This document shows, piece after piece, positions 1 to 12,879 of a stretch of DNA of 64,000 bases (position 1 is its first letter; each line of letters starts with the position of its first letter). Position numbers and translations under genes: made by a program. The notes under the pieces are model-generated. The model was not told the origin of the DNA. It searched no databases and saw only the letters and a list, made by a program, of their open reading frames with translations. The stretch comes from Chlorokybus atmophyticus (Eukaryota; Plantae; Mesostigma and Chlorokybus algae). The stretch is from the NCBI GenBank assembly GCA_009103225.1, contig RHPI01003366.1, positions 1 to 64,000 of the forward strand, read 5' to 3'.

Positions 1-3000
1 CGGCACAGCCTGGTTGTGCCGTCTGCGCCGAAGAAGTTGACTGCTTGTGCCGTGAACGGCACGCACTGCAGGCGCCATGTGCATGGTAGCCGCTCGTTTA
101 TGCCAGCTAAGGTGACTAGCTTTCCCATCGTCACGGTGCCATTGTTGCAAGTAGCAATAAAATATTCTTGAAGCTTGAGTTTTGCAGTCATGTGATGGAT
201 GTGTTGTCTTCAATTGCCTCAATTTGTGATAAGTCGATACGCATGATGGCACGGTGCGAATATTGACAATGGAATATGTGTGGCTTGTGGGAACGCCACC
301 TGCATGCCGAGCATGCTTAAATACAAAGGCAGTATGATTTTATGTGTTTGTGCAACGTGACGTAGTGACGTGACGTAGTGACAAGCACACGCACACGCAC
401 ATTAACATACAGCGTGAGTTATGGTGCTCAGCAACATGTGCTCATAATTATGCAACACATGTTTTTTCTTATTATATATCTTTTCACACATCATAATTGT
501 CATGGTTGAGTAGAATAATATCACAACAAAGTTATGTTATTAGTGTGGATACTACAATTCAGTTGCATTGGCATGGGTGTGCATAACAAACGCCATGAGC
601 GAACATAATGCATGCGGTTTGATATTGCAAAGCTTGCGCGCTTTGTGCATATAGATATTGAAATATGCTAAACATGCTTTATGCTTACTTATGGGTTTTG
701 GTTATTGCGCAAACACTTATATAGTAGGTGTAACAATAGTGCTTTCTTGTACATTTAGCGATTAAAAACCTGCATTGATCAAGTAAGGGTTAGTGGCCAA
801 AATGCGCACCTCTACCCTAACAACGGGCTCAAGTTTGGGGCAGTCACACTCAATTTGACCCAAGAATCACCGGTAGAGATGGGTTCGGTAATTCTGCCCG
901 GACCCCTAACTTCATGACAAATCCAGCGCACATTTCGCTAGGGATTTGCAAGAATCCTAACGAATGTATGGCTAGATCCCTATATAAGTTAGTGACTGTC
1001 ACAAACGGCCATCGGCCGGTCGCGTAATTTGCACCATATCTCTAAGAATGTTGAGACCGGGCGTCACAATTGACAAAAAATATGGTCACGACCAAAACCT
1101 GTACGAATGTTTATGCCAATGTTGACCACCTTCCATGACACCGTTGGGGACACAGTGGTTACATTACAATGCATAGGCTGAAAAGATAGCCGGTACGAAT
1201 CCTTATCACGTGCTTGACTGGTTCCGTTAATACTGCATGGATGTAGCCATTATAAAAAAGTTATAACGTCGGTCGTTACACCATTGTCTCAATCATTTTT
1301 TGCCTGATCATTAATACGCCGGTTCAAGTACCCGCGTGCCCGCGGCCTACCTTAACAATGTTATTAATGATCACGCAGCCACTCTATCAATAAAAACGCA
1401 CCGGCGCGACTTGGTAGGTGACAAAGGGAGTTTATGGCAACAGCTTGCCTTACAGTCAACGCTGTAGTTGGATACTTGGCGCCGCTTTACCAGGTTTGAG
1501 TCCCCAGGCACCCGCAACTGGACAACTTATCTAAGAACACCTACCGGTGCCTAGCTGTTAATCTAGGTGTCTATATTGGTATAGGATGCATGAGTATGTA
1601 TATATATATACATGTACATATGTATATATACATAAAACATGTCCCTTATCATGTTGTTATGTATATAGTAATAATATCTGACAATGATACACTATTACTA
1701 TGTATCCTTACAATATGTATATATACATTGTATTGTACATTAATTGAATATAGTCAATATATTACAACTAATAGTATAAATATACACATATATATATACA
1801 CACCTGTCAGTATTGTTTACCGATTATGGTAGCCTAGTCTTGTTTTATGCAGGTGTTGCTACATGCATTGCGTACCGATTATACATGAATGCAATACACC
1901 TGGCATGCATGCATTGCGGCACGTTAGACAATTGAAGCAGCCGCTGTAGAGGTTATACTTTATGGTACCGCATTGAAGGGTGTCTCGTGTTGTCGTGGAT
2001 TAGTTGGTCGGTACTTAGGTCGTAGATTTTCACTGGTGAACCTAACAAGTACGATTGTGAAGGCTCGAACCCCGGCCATGGAGAGGAGAGCTCCCCTGCG
2101 TATGACTTTTTGGTTGTTGGCCGCGAACTGCGGCCATAACATTTCTGCTTAGATCACGCGTTAAAATTAATCCTCCTAATACATGATCTGACCAAAGATA
2201 CGACTTTTTGGTTTGTGGGCGCAAACTGCGGCCATATCAATTTTAATTAGATTACGCAGTAAGATTAATCCCTTTGATACAGAATCAATGGGATTAATAT
2301 CTGACCAAAGATTAAGATAACATGTGGCCAATCAGCTCAAGCAAAGACGGATATCAAACTTAATGCACATCAACTACTTTTTTTTACTGGCAGCTGGATA
2401 CCAATCCAAGTTGTGGCTGCAGCAGGAAAAAGTGCAAAAATCGATATGTTGCTGACATGTGGATCCCTAATTATGTTATAGCTGAATTTCCATATAAGTT
2501 GTGGGCAAGGCAAAACTATTCGGGGGCCATTTCTACCAGTATATAGCCAGTTGGTAAATTCATAACTCTCAGCCTATTACCGGTAGGTAATATTATCGTA
2601 CGAGTTATCAGCCAAAACCCCCTATATGATGTAGGTTATCTCCCCAAATATAGTTAACCTCTCCATTCCCATTTACCCTAGTTTACTAGCTGACGCGACA
2701 AAGCCTAAAACATCATAAAACTCTTATGATAAGAGCCTACCCAAGGAGCTCCGGCTTGTGCAGGTCGCATGGTCGCCACGCAAATCCCGCACTTCAGCGA
2801 GCCCTCGTTGTACGCTCAGTGAAGTGTCGTCTAACACGGCATGCACCCGATATCAAGCTGTGAGCCCCAGTCACATTTTAAGCTTCTGGTATCCTGTCGA
2901 CATCGACAACCGCCTTGCACCATCCGAAGCTACACCGACAGTTCATAATTGCCGCCAGAGGCACCATTCGCGGGAAAACGTATGCATGCAGCCTCATAAA

Positions 3001-3065
3001 GAGGGGTGTTGCAGTACAGGCCTGTGAGAGTTCCGTGCACGTCTGCAGGGCTGGCGGCGGCGACC

Positions 3066-6000
3066 ATGCGGCTGGCGGTGGTGCTGCTAGTGTTGCTGGC
3101 GGCGGGGTTAATCAGCGCACTGCCCGTACAATGGTGCGCCATCAGCTGCGACAAGCTGGCGCAGTGCAATTGTCTCATGGACACGCTAGGCAACACCCCT
3201 GGCTTGGAGTGGTCATGCGTGCAGGTGTGTAATTAAGCTTCAATGACAGTGCATGCTTCATGTTGATGCTGTGCATGTATGTGAATGTGCGGTGTAAGCT
3301 CTGCCCAAAGGATGTGCGCATGCGCTGCGCTCGTAGGTTGAGAGCGCTGAAGAGTGCCTTGCAAAGGTGGAGGCCTTCCCGCCCGAAGACGACATCATCA
3401 CGCTGGACGGTGGCAATGCATATAGGGCATTCACCACCTTCGGCATGCAGGTGCACAGAGACACAGACACTCATGCATGCACCATAAGCACACACGTATT
3501 GATGCTCTCTCCACGTGCACTCATCCATGCATTGACACCATCGTCACATTGCAGGCCATCGTGGGTGAGGTTTACAATGGTTCGAGTACCGCAGAGTACA
3601 CTGCTGTAGCTGTGGTGAAGGAGTCCTTCTGCGCTGAAGAACATCGGCAGCGTGCTGCTGGCATCACTCGAGGGCAAGAAGTCCTGCCATACGGGCTACG
3701 GCCGCACCACGGGGTGGAACGTCCCCATGGACCTCATGATCAGCCAATCCGTACTCACCAAGAGCTCAAACGACGACACTGTCATCGATGCGGTGGAAAA
3801 CTTTTTCTCATCCTCGTGCGTACCCGGTGAAGGAGATGAGCGCATCTGCAGCGGCTGCGCTAATGACTGCTCTAAGTAAGCTTCCCGCATGGTCACACAC
3901 ATGCGTGCACTCGCACTACTATTGTGTCATACTGACTGTCAATCCTATCAATGTGCAGCACAGACGACTATGCTGTCTATGCTGGCGCCTTGCGGCGTCT
4001 GATGGAGGACGGTGATGTGGCGTTCGTAAAGCACACGACGCCGCTCGAGTTCTCCTCCGAACGAGTCCACCAGGATTAGTCCCCTCAAGACTGGGCTACC
4101 CTCTCCAAGGGCAAGCTCCGCCTGTTGTGCCTTGAGGGCGGATGCCAGGAAGTGGTAAACTGGGAGGAGTGCGGCCTTGCCGTTGTCCCCTCCCACACTG
4201 TCATGGTAATTTTATCTTACGTGTGCATATGTGCGTGCATGCGCGTGTATGCGCCCGCATGTGTGCCACAGTGTGTGGGTGCCCACATTTTTATTTCCGG
4301 TCTAAAATACAAACTTGCTTCCAACTGGTTTGTGTGATGTGTGCAGTTGAGGCGTGGGTACCCCGCGGCATACGTGGAGCAAGTCATGAGCACGCTCACA
4401 AACGCAGCGAAGTCCAACGCCAACTCCACCTTCCTGACGGGAACTTACGAGAACAGCCTCCTGTTCGACTCGGCTACCATCAACCTTGCGGCGGTGTCGG
4501 ACAACACTGAGACCCACCTCGGCTGGTCCGGCATTGCTTACGCGGCCGTGCAGGGCTTTAACCGTCCCGCAGTTGCTGTAAATACCGTCCGCCTTTGCCA
4601 CATTACCGAAGAGGCTGACTCGTGCGAGCAGCTTGCAGCCGCTCTCACTCGCTGTGGGAAGCACCAAGTGGTCAAGCGTTCAGTGGAAAGACACCCACGA
4701 GTGCATTGAGGTAAGCAGCAATAGCACCCTGCTGAAAAACGTGGCTACTTTCTCCTGTGTGCTTGTGCACAAGCGCGTGTGTGCGCGTGCTCTTGCATTG
4801 TTTTATGCATGTGTCTCAAGCTGTTGAAAAGGGTGCGGCTGATGTCATTGCCATCGATGCTGGTGAGGTCTGGGAGGTTGCCTTCGAGCACGGCCTGAAG
4901 GTGTGTTTACATAATTGTTGTTATCGCGCGCTCACCTGCACAGCTGCTGGTGATACCTTTGTATGTTGTGACTGACTTTGGCTTGTTGCACTGTCTACAA
5001 TCAAATGTACCAGAGTAGTACGGCAACCGCTTTGTTGAGTACTACGCCGTGGCCATTGTACGCAAGGAGGTCTGCGAAAACGAGTCCGTCACCTTTGAAG
5101 CTCTGCGGGCCAAGTTCATCACTTAGACACCTCTTAATGTTGGTCATACACAACAGTAGAAAAAGCGTCTGCGTGCATGTGCGTGCGCTCACGCTTAAAC
5201 AACCTGTCATTGCATGGCAAAAATGCGTGCCACACTAGTTACCGCCGCATTGCTGGCTAGATGGCGCCAGTGGGCAACTTGGCAAATGCTGGCTTCATTA
5301 CCGTAAGTACACAATCCAGAATCTGCAGCCGTGCTCGTCATCTCCATTTGCTGGGTTAGCGCAACTTCCTGTACAGCCTGTCAGCGAGGATGACAGCGTC
5401 CTCATGATACTGAGTCAGTTGACGCCTTGAACTCTGTTTGCGCCGGTGGCAGCGAAGAGGTAACAACTCGTAGACCTGTCTTCTGTGCGTGCGCACGTGT
5501 GTGCATCTGCATGTGTTGTTAACATACTCATCATCACAGATTGGGAGGATGTGCGATGGAGACTGCTCTTCCAAGGATTCTTTCTACGGCTACGCCGGTG
5601 CATTCCGGTGCCTCATGAGCGGCGCGGGCGACGTGGCTTTCCTCAAGGAGACTACCGTTGCCGAGCACTCCATCAATGGGTCAAGCCCGCAGGACTGGTC
5701 CTCAGAGCCTATTAAGAGTTTCCGGTGCGTTGACAAAGCAACTGTGACATGGGTAACAAGGATGATCTATGTAACGTGGGACACACACTTACCTGCTCGT
5801 GTATGTCACATACTTGTGCACAAGCACAAGAACTTCTTCACGACATACCACGGTGCAGCACCTTGTTGAAGGAATGACCAGCACTGCAACGGGATGGAGA
5901 GGATGCACAACAAACCCTCCACTCAGCTCACACACACTCACGCACACCCTACTCACATCCAAGGCTGCTACGGACACTACACCGCACTTGGGGATGAGAG

Positions 6001-7551
6001 GGAGAGCCCCTTGAACAACTGAACTAGGCACCCCACATACAAGAGTCGAGTATGCACATGCTGAGCTGCCTCAACACTTGTTGAGGCCGTTCATATACCC
6101 CCTCTTTGCTGCTCTCCGACCTAGAACAACCATGTCCAAGGCTACTTGCCTTGTCATGGCTGCGTTTACCTATACTCATGCCTAGGAGCTGCCACATCAG
6201 CCCTAGGACATCTTCAACGTCAACGCCCAAGACTGATCACACATCAGCATCGGACATTGTGAACGCCCAAGGCTGGTCACATCAGTCTAGGACCTCATAC
6301 ATATGCATACATATGCGGACATCACTCATATCCGCACATATGAACTCATATGCGGACACATGCATGCATATGCAACCATATGCATATACATGCGGACATA
6401 TGACACCGACCAGCTCTGTGCTTGCTAGTAGACAGTGCATATGTGTAGCTACAACGCCCTTGCACACTAAGTGCACAAGAACTAACTTCATGAGCACATA
6501 TGCCAAGTACTACACAACTCGACTATACGAGATCCTCACTTAGTTCTTCTTACTTACCACATAAGTAAGGAACATGAGAGTGACTTTTGCCAGCCCTTTG
6601 GGCGTGACAATCTATGCCTCATGCTCATATGTATGTGTGTGTATACAGGTACATGTGCCATGGTGGCGGGTGTGTGGACATTAATCAGTACGAGGAGTGC
6701 AACCTCGCGCTCGTGCCGGCTCACGCAATGGTCGTGGCCCGTGCCGTGCCGCAGGCGCACCTCAAGAAGTAAGCAACATCACAAGTATTGTCACTACCTT
6801 ATCTTAATTTTTCCTGCCTCATGCTGAACCAACTTGTTATTACCAGCATCAAGGCTTCCCTCGTCGCTGCTAACGACGCACCTGGGTTCTAAGCCTTCCT
6901 GACGGTAATGCCTGCTTCTGTGTGTGCACCTATCTGATTGAGATGGTGTCGCGCATTGCATCCGATTTGACACACACGCATGTGCAGGCTTATGCTGAAA
7001 ACAGCCACATCCTTTCTTCTTCAACAACCTCCCTGCGGGACGTCATCGACCAGACCATTGAGGAGTTCCTCGGCTCAGCTTGGGCTATATACGAGGGTGT
7101 CCAAAAGCTTGACGGTGCATCCACGCACTCACCCTCTCCCATATCACCCGCTGTTTCCCCACCTTCACCCACCCCCACACCACCTTCCACACCCTCACCC
7201 TCGGCCACGTCGTGAACGCTCCGCTGATGTGTGACACCTAAGGAGGAGAGCAAGTGCTCATCCATGGCAACAGAGCTTAACAAAGCCAGCGATGGGGTTA
7301 CGTTCAAGTGCGTAACGCAAGAAGACTTGGCTGCATGCGTGGAGGCTACTCGCAGCTTTGAAGCTAATATTGTTGTCCTCGATGGCGGCCGTGCATACAA
7401 TGCATGGACCAAAGCCAACATGGAGGCTGTTGTTGCTGAGGTGTACGAGGATGCACCCAATGCTGGATTAGAGTATTACTCTATGGCTGTTGTTCAAGAG
7501 CGAGACATGCGACGGCAAGACACAACCACATTCTCCCTCGTAGAACTAAAG
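3066..7551 (+). pseudogene. Transferrin-like gene segment 1: lobes 1 and 2, Pro/Ser/Thr linker, start of lobe 3
   Basis: ORF fragments 3367, 3477, 3652, 4341, 4757, 5489, 6922 and 7231 carry transferrin motifs (DGG.AY, YTAVAVVK, GDVAF). Linker SPSPISPAVSPPSPTPTPPSTPSPS at ~7125-7205. Confidence 0.88.
5864..6540. mobile_element. Possible degenerate solo LTR within a transferrin intron
   Basis: Starts TGTTGAAGG and ends ...GATCCTCAC, resembling the + strand reading of the reversed copia LTR ends (TATTGAAG...TCCTCAACA). No TSD found. Confidence 0.3.
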
Positions 7552-7664
7552 GTGGGTGGTCCGTACAAATAGCCAATTGGTGCTCATTGATGCTCTTTTA
7601 ATCCGTGCACGAATTGTTGTGTGCTCTTACCTGTGGATGTGATGTGCTCGTGCCTATTTTAATA

Positions 7665-10600
7665 ACTCCGGTCGAAGAGAAGGTTTCAGACGCGACTTCT
7701 AGGCGCGCAGAAGAACATTCATAACTTGGTGGCTAGGTTATTATTTGGCGTGCGGCTTAGCTTGTTAGCAAAGTAATGAAGTTAGCTACATTATGCGATT
7801 AAGTTTATGACGAAAGATGACGTGTAGCGTACACAGTTGCTGCTAGAGTAGACAGGTGTACTTGCAGCGGGTATAAAACCCCATGATGGAGTTGTAATGA
7901 AAAGAAAGTGTTGCTCTTGTGTATGCTCTCGCGGCTGTAGGAGTATGTGTGCCATGTCCAGCATCAGCCTTAGCTACACATGTTGTTAGCTTGTTCAATA
8001 GGTTATGGGCCCACACCACGTGTCAAGGGTGTGATAGAAGCAGACACTAGTGGATACTACACTATGGTAGCTTGTGAGTAGCAGACCCTTGTGTGCCAAC
8101 TGCTAGAGAGGAGCAGGCGACAAAGATGGAGACTAGCTTCGATGAGGGGTTGATCGCGAAGTTGGTCATTTTGCCACCACAGCACATGGTGTGTGGAGAT
8201 GAAGGCGCTTCTCATCTACAAGAAGATGTAGAAGTACGTGGATCCGAAGGCACCACCACCAATACCAGGGGAGAATACTGTGTGGTCTCGAGCGTTCGGC
8301 AAAAGCACACTCTTTCCTTGTGTTGAATTGCAAACCGCATCACTTTTCCATGCTCACCGCATGTGAAGATGGGAGGCAAGATTGGGAGAAGCTTGCATCC
8401 GTGTTCCAGGCCAAGAACAACGCCAGAAAGCTTACGCTTTGCAAGCAGCTAAGTGCGCTCAAAAAGGAGGGTGGCGAGCCCATCATCAAATATCTTGCGC
8501 GTGCAAAAGAGCTGTGGGCGGACCACACCAATGTCGGCCACTAGATGGGAGAGATGGAGGTCGTACTGGCTATCACGGCAGGACTACCAGCAGAGTACGA
8601 AGTCGTCATCACTCTGCCAGAGACATCGTCATTGGAGCTAACCTTGGACGATGTGTTGCCCAAGTTGTTGACTGTGGAGCAACGTGTGGTGAAGAAGGAC
8701 AAGCACGCGGACGCTGTCGCCTTCTACACAAGCAAGAACAAACCCTACAACCATGACGAGAAGAACAAAGGCTAAAGTGGCCTTCATTGCATCAAGGAGA
8801 TGTCTACCACATCATGGGTGATAGACTTTGGATGTAACCAGCACCTGCCACCACACATGAAGGTCATGGAGAACTACAGGAAGCTGCAAACCACAAGGAA
8901 GGTGGAGGGCTTCAGTGGTCACATGCTGTAGGCTGTAGGCGTGGGTGAAGTGCGGCTCGACTGCAAGATTAGCGATAGTGTGAGAGGTCTTGCTGAGAGA
9001 GCATCTGCACATTCCTGAAGCTGCTGCTAGTCAATTCTCTGTGAGGGTTGCTGAGCGCGTGGGAGCTGAAATCATCATCCGAGAGGGTCGATGCTCTGTG
9101 CTCATGGATGGGGTCGTGCATATGGTTGGCATCGCGCAAGGAGGGCTCTATCCATTGTGGAGCAGCCTCATAGCATCAAAGCCAACGTAGTGACGGAGAA
9201 GGAAACGGTTGAAATATGGCATAGGAGGTGCAGGCATCTTGGCTACAATAACCTCATACACCTGGTGGCTGAAGACATGGTCAAAGGCATCGACGCCAGC
9301 AAGGAAGACTTTTGGGCGTCTTCGGCGTGCTGTGTGAACCCTGTGCCATGGCCAAGCAGCATAAGATGCCGTTCCGGTCATCTTCTTCCAGCAATCAACA
9401 TCCAGGCACATTGGTGCACATGGATGTTTGCGGGCTTATGCGCGTTGTGGCGAAGGGAGGGGTAAGGTACTTTGCAACTTTCCTCGACGACTATAGCAAG
9501 CTGTCCATCATCTACCCTCTATCTCTGAAGTCCAAAGCTGAAGGAGCTGTGCGCAACGCTGTGGCATTGCTAAACACAATCAGGCAAGAAGTTGAAGGCA
9601 ATGCGCAGTGATCGAGGAGGGAAGTACATTAACGCCTAGCTTAAGGACTTCTTCGCCATCAAAGGCATAAGGCATGCGACGACGGCGCCCTACACTCCAC
9701 AGCAAAACGGAGCCGCTAAGCGCCTGAACCGGACCCTGTTGGAGCGCGTGCGGGCTATGCTTAACGATTGCAAGTTGGAGGCCCTTTTGTAGAAGGAGGC
9801 CGTCCCTGCTGCCAACCACATCCGCAATCGGTCACTTGTGAGTTCTTATTAAAGACACCTGGGGAGCTCTTCTATGGAGCTGCACCGAATGTGAGTGGTA
9901 TGCGTGTGTTTTTATGCATAGCATACGCACTAGTGCCCAAGCAGCTACGGCACAAGTTGGAGCCAGTCAGCGAGAAGGGAGTGTTTGTTGGCTATGAACC
10001 ATGCTCAAAGGCATACATGATTTGGATGGAGGAGAACCACAAGGTCATTATCAGCAGAGGTGGTGTTCCACGAGGGGGCACTACCAGAAGCGGGCTTCTT
10101 TCCAAAGGCTGAAGATGAGGCACATGCACAAGCCGTTCCTGAGAGAGTGGAGGCTTCAGACGAGGCAGACATCATCACAGAATACGTTCATGCACTGCCT
10201 GAAAGGTCTTTTGGTGAGCAGCAGTAGGCGCCTGTTTGTCGCTATTTTGAGAGGGAGAAAAAAGGTCATGACTTCTACCACAAGGCACTTGTAGGCGTGT
10301 GCCAGGAGGGAGACAGCACAGAGGAGCCAAGTACATACCAGGAGGCCCTGCAAGCACCTGATGCAGAGCAGTGGCAGCAAACCATGGATGAGGAGATCGC
10401 GTCACTCCATGCCAACAAAACATAGGTAACAGAGAACTTTCTTTCAGGCGAGAACCCAATTCCTGTCAGGTGGGTCTTCAAGGTGAAGAGAGACGGTCAA
10501 GGCAACACAGAGCGCTACAAGGCAAGACTGGTACTAAAGGGCTTCTTGCAACAAGAAGGTGTGGACTTTAATGAGGTCTTCGCGCCTGCAAGTAAGCATG

Positions 10601-12387
10601 CCACATTCCGCACATTGCTTGCCCTACTTGCGGCTGAAGACTCGGAGCTTCACCACCTTGACGTGAAGACTGCCTTCCTCTACGCGGAGCTTAAGCAAGA
10701 GATCTACATCCAGCAACCACCAGGATATGAAGAAGGGAGCCAGGCACTGTTTGCAAGCTCATCTAGGCGTTGTATGGGCTGAGACAGGCACCACGCATGT
10801 GGCACATCCGTCTCACCAAGGAGTTGGAGGACCTTGGCTTTCAGGCGTCTTCAGCAAACTCTGAACTCTTCTTCCACCCTGAGAAGAAGGTGTACCTGTT
10901 GGTGTACGTGCATGACATCATCATGACCGCTAAGCACATGAAGGACTTGGAGGAGACAAAGAAGGCACTGCAGCATGCGTTCTTAGTGCGTGATCTTGGA
11001 GAGGCCAAGTCGTTCCTTGGCATGGTGATTAAGCGCGACAGAGCGGTGCGCACCATCACGATCGTTCAGAAGCAGATGGTGATGAAACTTGTCACCAAGA
11101 TTGGGCTTAGGGTTAGGGAGGTAAAGACCAAATCTACTCCACTTGCACTCGGCACCCACCTCGTCAAAGTGAAGAATAAAGAGGTTCTTGACAAGGGCCA
11201 AGTACCCCTACGGTAAACTAGTAGGCAGCATGCTCCATTTACACTGTGCATTGCACACGTCCAGACCGTCTAGACATGTGCAATGTGGCATTGCACATGC
11301 TGTTGGAGCCCTTGCTCGCTACATGTCTGCACCGAGCATGGAGCATTGGAAGGTGGCAAAGAATGTACTTCGCTATGTTGCTTGGAGTGCAGCTATTGAC
11401 ATCAAGTTTGAGAGCGGGAGCTCAGAGTTGGAGTGCTACTGCGATTCACACTTTGCAGGCAACCTTGATAGCATGAGGTCCACCACCGGCTATGTCTTCA
11501 AGATAAATGGAGGCATCGTGAGCTGGAACAGCAAGCTGCAGCCAACTACAGCGGTATCCACTTTAGAGGCTGAGTACATGGCAGCAGCAGCAGCTACCAA
11601 GGAGGCATTATGGCTTTGCAAGCTGTTGGTGGATCTAGAGCACTCAAAGGCGTGCATCATAATCCACTGCGACAATCAAGGCGCCATTAAGTTGTTGAAG
11701 CATCCCATCGCCTCAGCAAGGACAAAGCACATTGATGTTATGCATCACTTTGTCCGTAACAAAGTCACAAAAAAGGAGGTCGAGTTCCAGTACTGCAACA
11801 CCAAGGCCATGCTTGCCAGACTTTATGATAAAAGCATTGCCACCACTCAAGTTTCAAGCGTGTTGTTCGGGACTTGGCATTTGCATGTGATCGTGCAGGA
11901 GCAGAGACTTAAGGCTTGAGGACAAGCTGCCCGCGTGGGAGTGTTATGGATATTTTTATATCCGGTCAGCCTTGCCCTCCATATAGTCACAGGCGTCAAC
12001 TCCGAAGGTTTGGCCGCTAAAAGATTCTAAGCAGAGACTCCAGTCGAAGAGAAGGTTCCCGGCGCGACTTCCAGGCGCGCAGAAGAATATTCATAACTTG
12101 GTGGCTAGGTTGTTATTTGGCAAGTGGCTTAGCTTGTCAGCAAGGTCTTAAAGTTAGCTACGTCATGCAATTAAGTTAATGACAAAAGATGGCGTGTAGC
12201 GTACACAGTTGCTTCTGGAGTAGACATGTGTACTTGCAGCGGGTGTACAAACCCATGACTGAATTGTAATAACTTATCTTTTTGAAAAAGAAAGTGTTGC
12301 TCTTGTGTATGCTCTCGCGGCTGTAGGAGTATGTGTGTGCATGTTCAGCACCAGCCTTAGCTACAGATGTTGCTAGCTTTTGCAATA
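7665..12387 (+). mobile_element. Degenerate Ty1/copia LTR retrotransposon (family A, old copy)
   Basis: 5'-truncated 5' LTR ~7665-8000 ending CAATA; PBS GGTTATGGGCCCA 8001-8013; 3' LTR 11942-12387. Fragmented gag, integrase (VHMDVCG), RT (RYKARLV, LHHLDVKTAF) and RNaseH (RTKHIDV), clearly paralogous to the intact 21880-26864 copy. Confidence 0.93.
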
Positions 12388-12412
12388 CTTACTCAGCCGT
12401 GTCATATGTTAT

Positions 12413-12868
12413 GATGTACGGCAAGAAGGCTTGCAGCACCGGTTGCGGTCGATCTGCGGGTTAGACCATGCTCGCTGGCCGCTTCATCTCCGCGGGTTTA
12501 ACCAACAGTAGCGCCGCATTTGACATCGAGGCGCTGCACGGCTTTTTTGACACCACCAGCGCTCCCGGCAGTGATTCAAAGAAGTGCATTTGCGAGCTCA
12601 GCGCCGGCGTCCGTGGCGGCACCAACGATCCTTACGCTGACTACTCTGGCTCCCTGCGGTAAGCATAGCATAGTGCTGTCATTCCTGTGCTTCCATGTCG
12701 AACACACATAATAGTTGGCTGATACCTGCGTGTATACTGCAGGTGCCTGACTGAGGGTGCTGGCGATGTGGCCTTCATGAAGCACCACTGTCACCGAGTA
12801 TGCCCAAGGAGGTGACACGGCCTAGGAATGGAGCTCGCTTCCCGCTCGCAATTACAGATACTTGTGGA
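12413..12868 (+). pseudogene. Transferrin-like gene segment 2 (lobe 3 middle), between the two copia elements
   Basis: GKKACSTGCGRSAG*TMLAG...DPYADYSGSLR|CLTEGAGDVAFMKH...EWSSLPARNYRYL. Confidence 0.8.
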
Positions 12869-12879
12869 TACACACACAC

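Noticed and set aside
1-21. Palindrome CGGCACAGCCTGGTTGTGCCG as a Helitron 3' hairpin
   Set aside because: It lies at the window edge with no visible CTRR terminus or Rep/Hel gene, so it cannot be supported.
1590-1832. 80-aa ORF
   Set aside because: It is the translation of an AT-rich (TA/CA) microsatellite-like tract.
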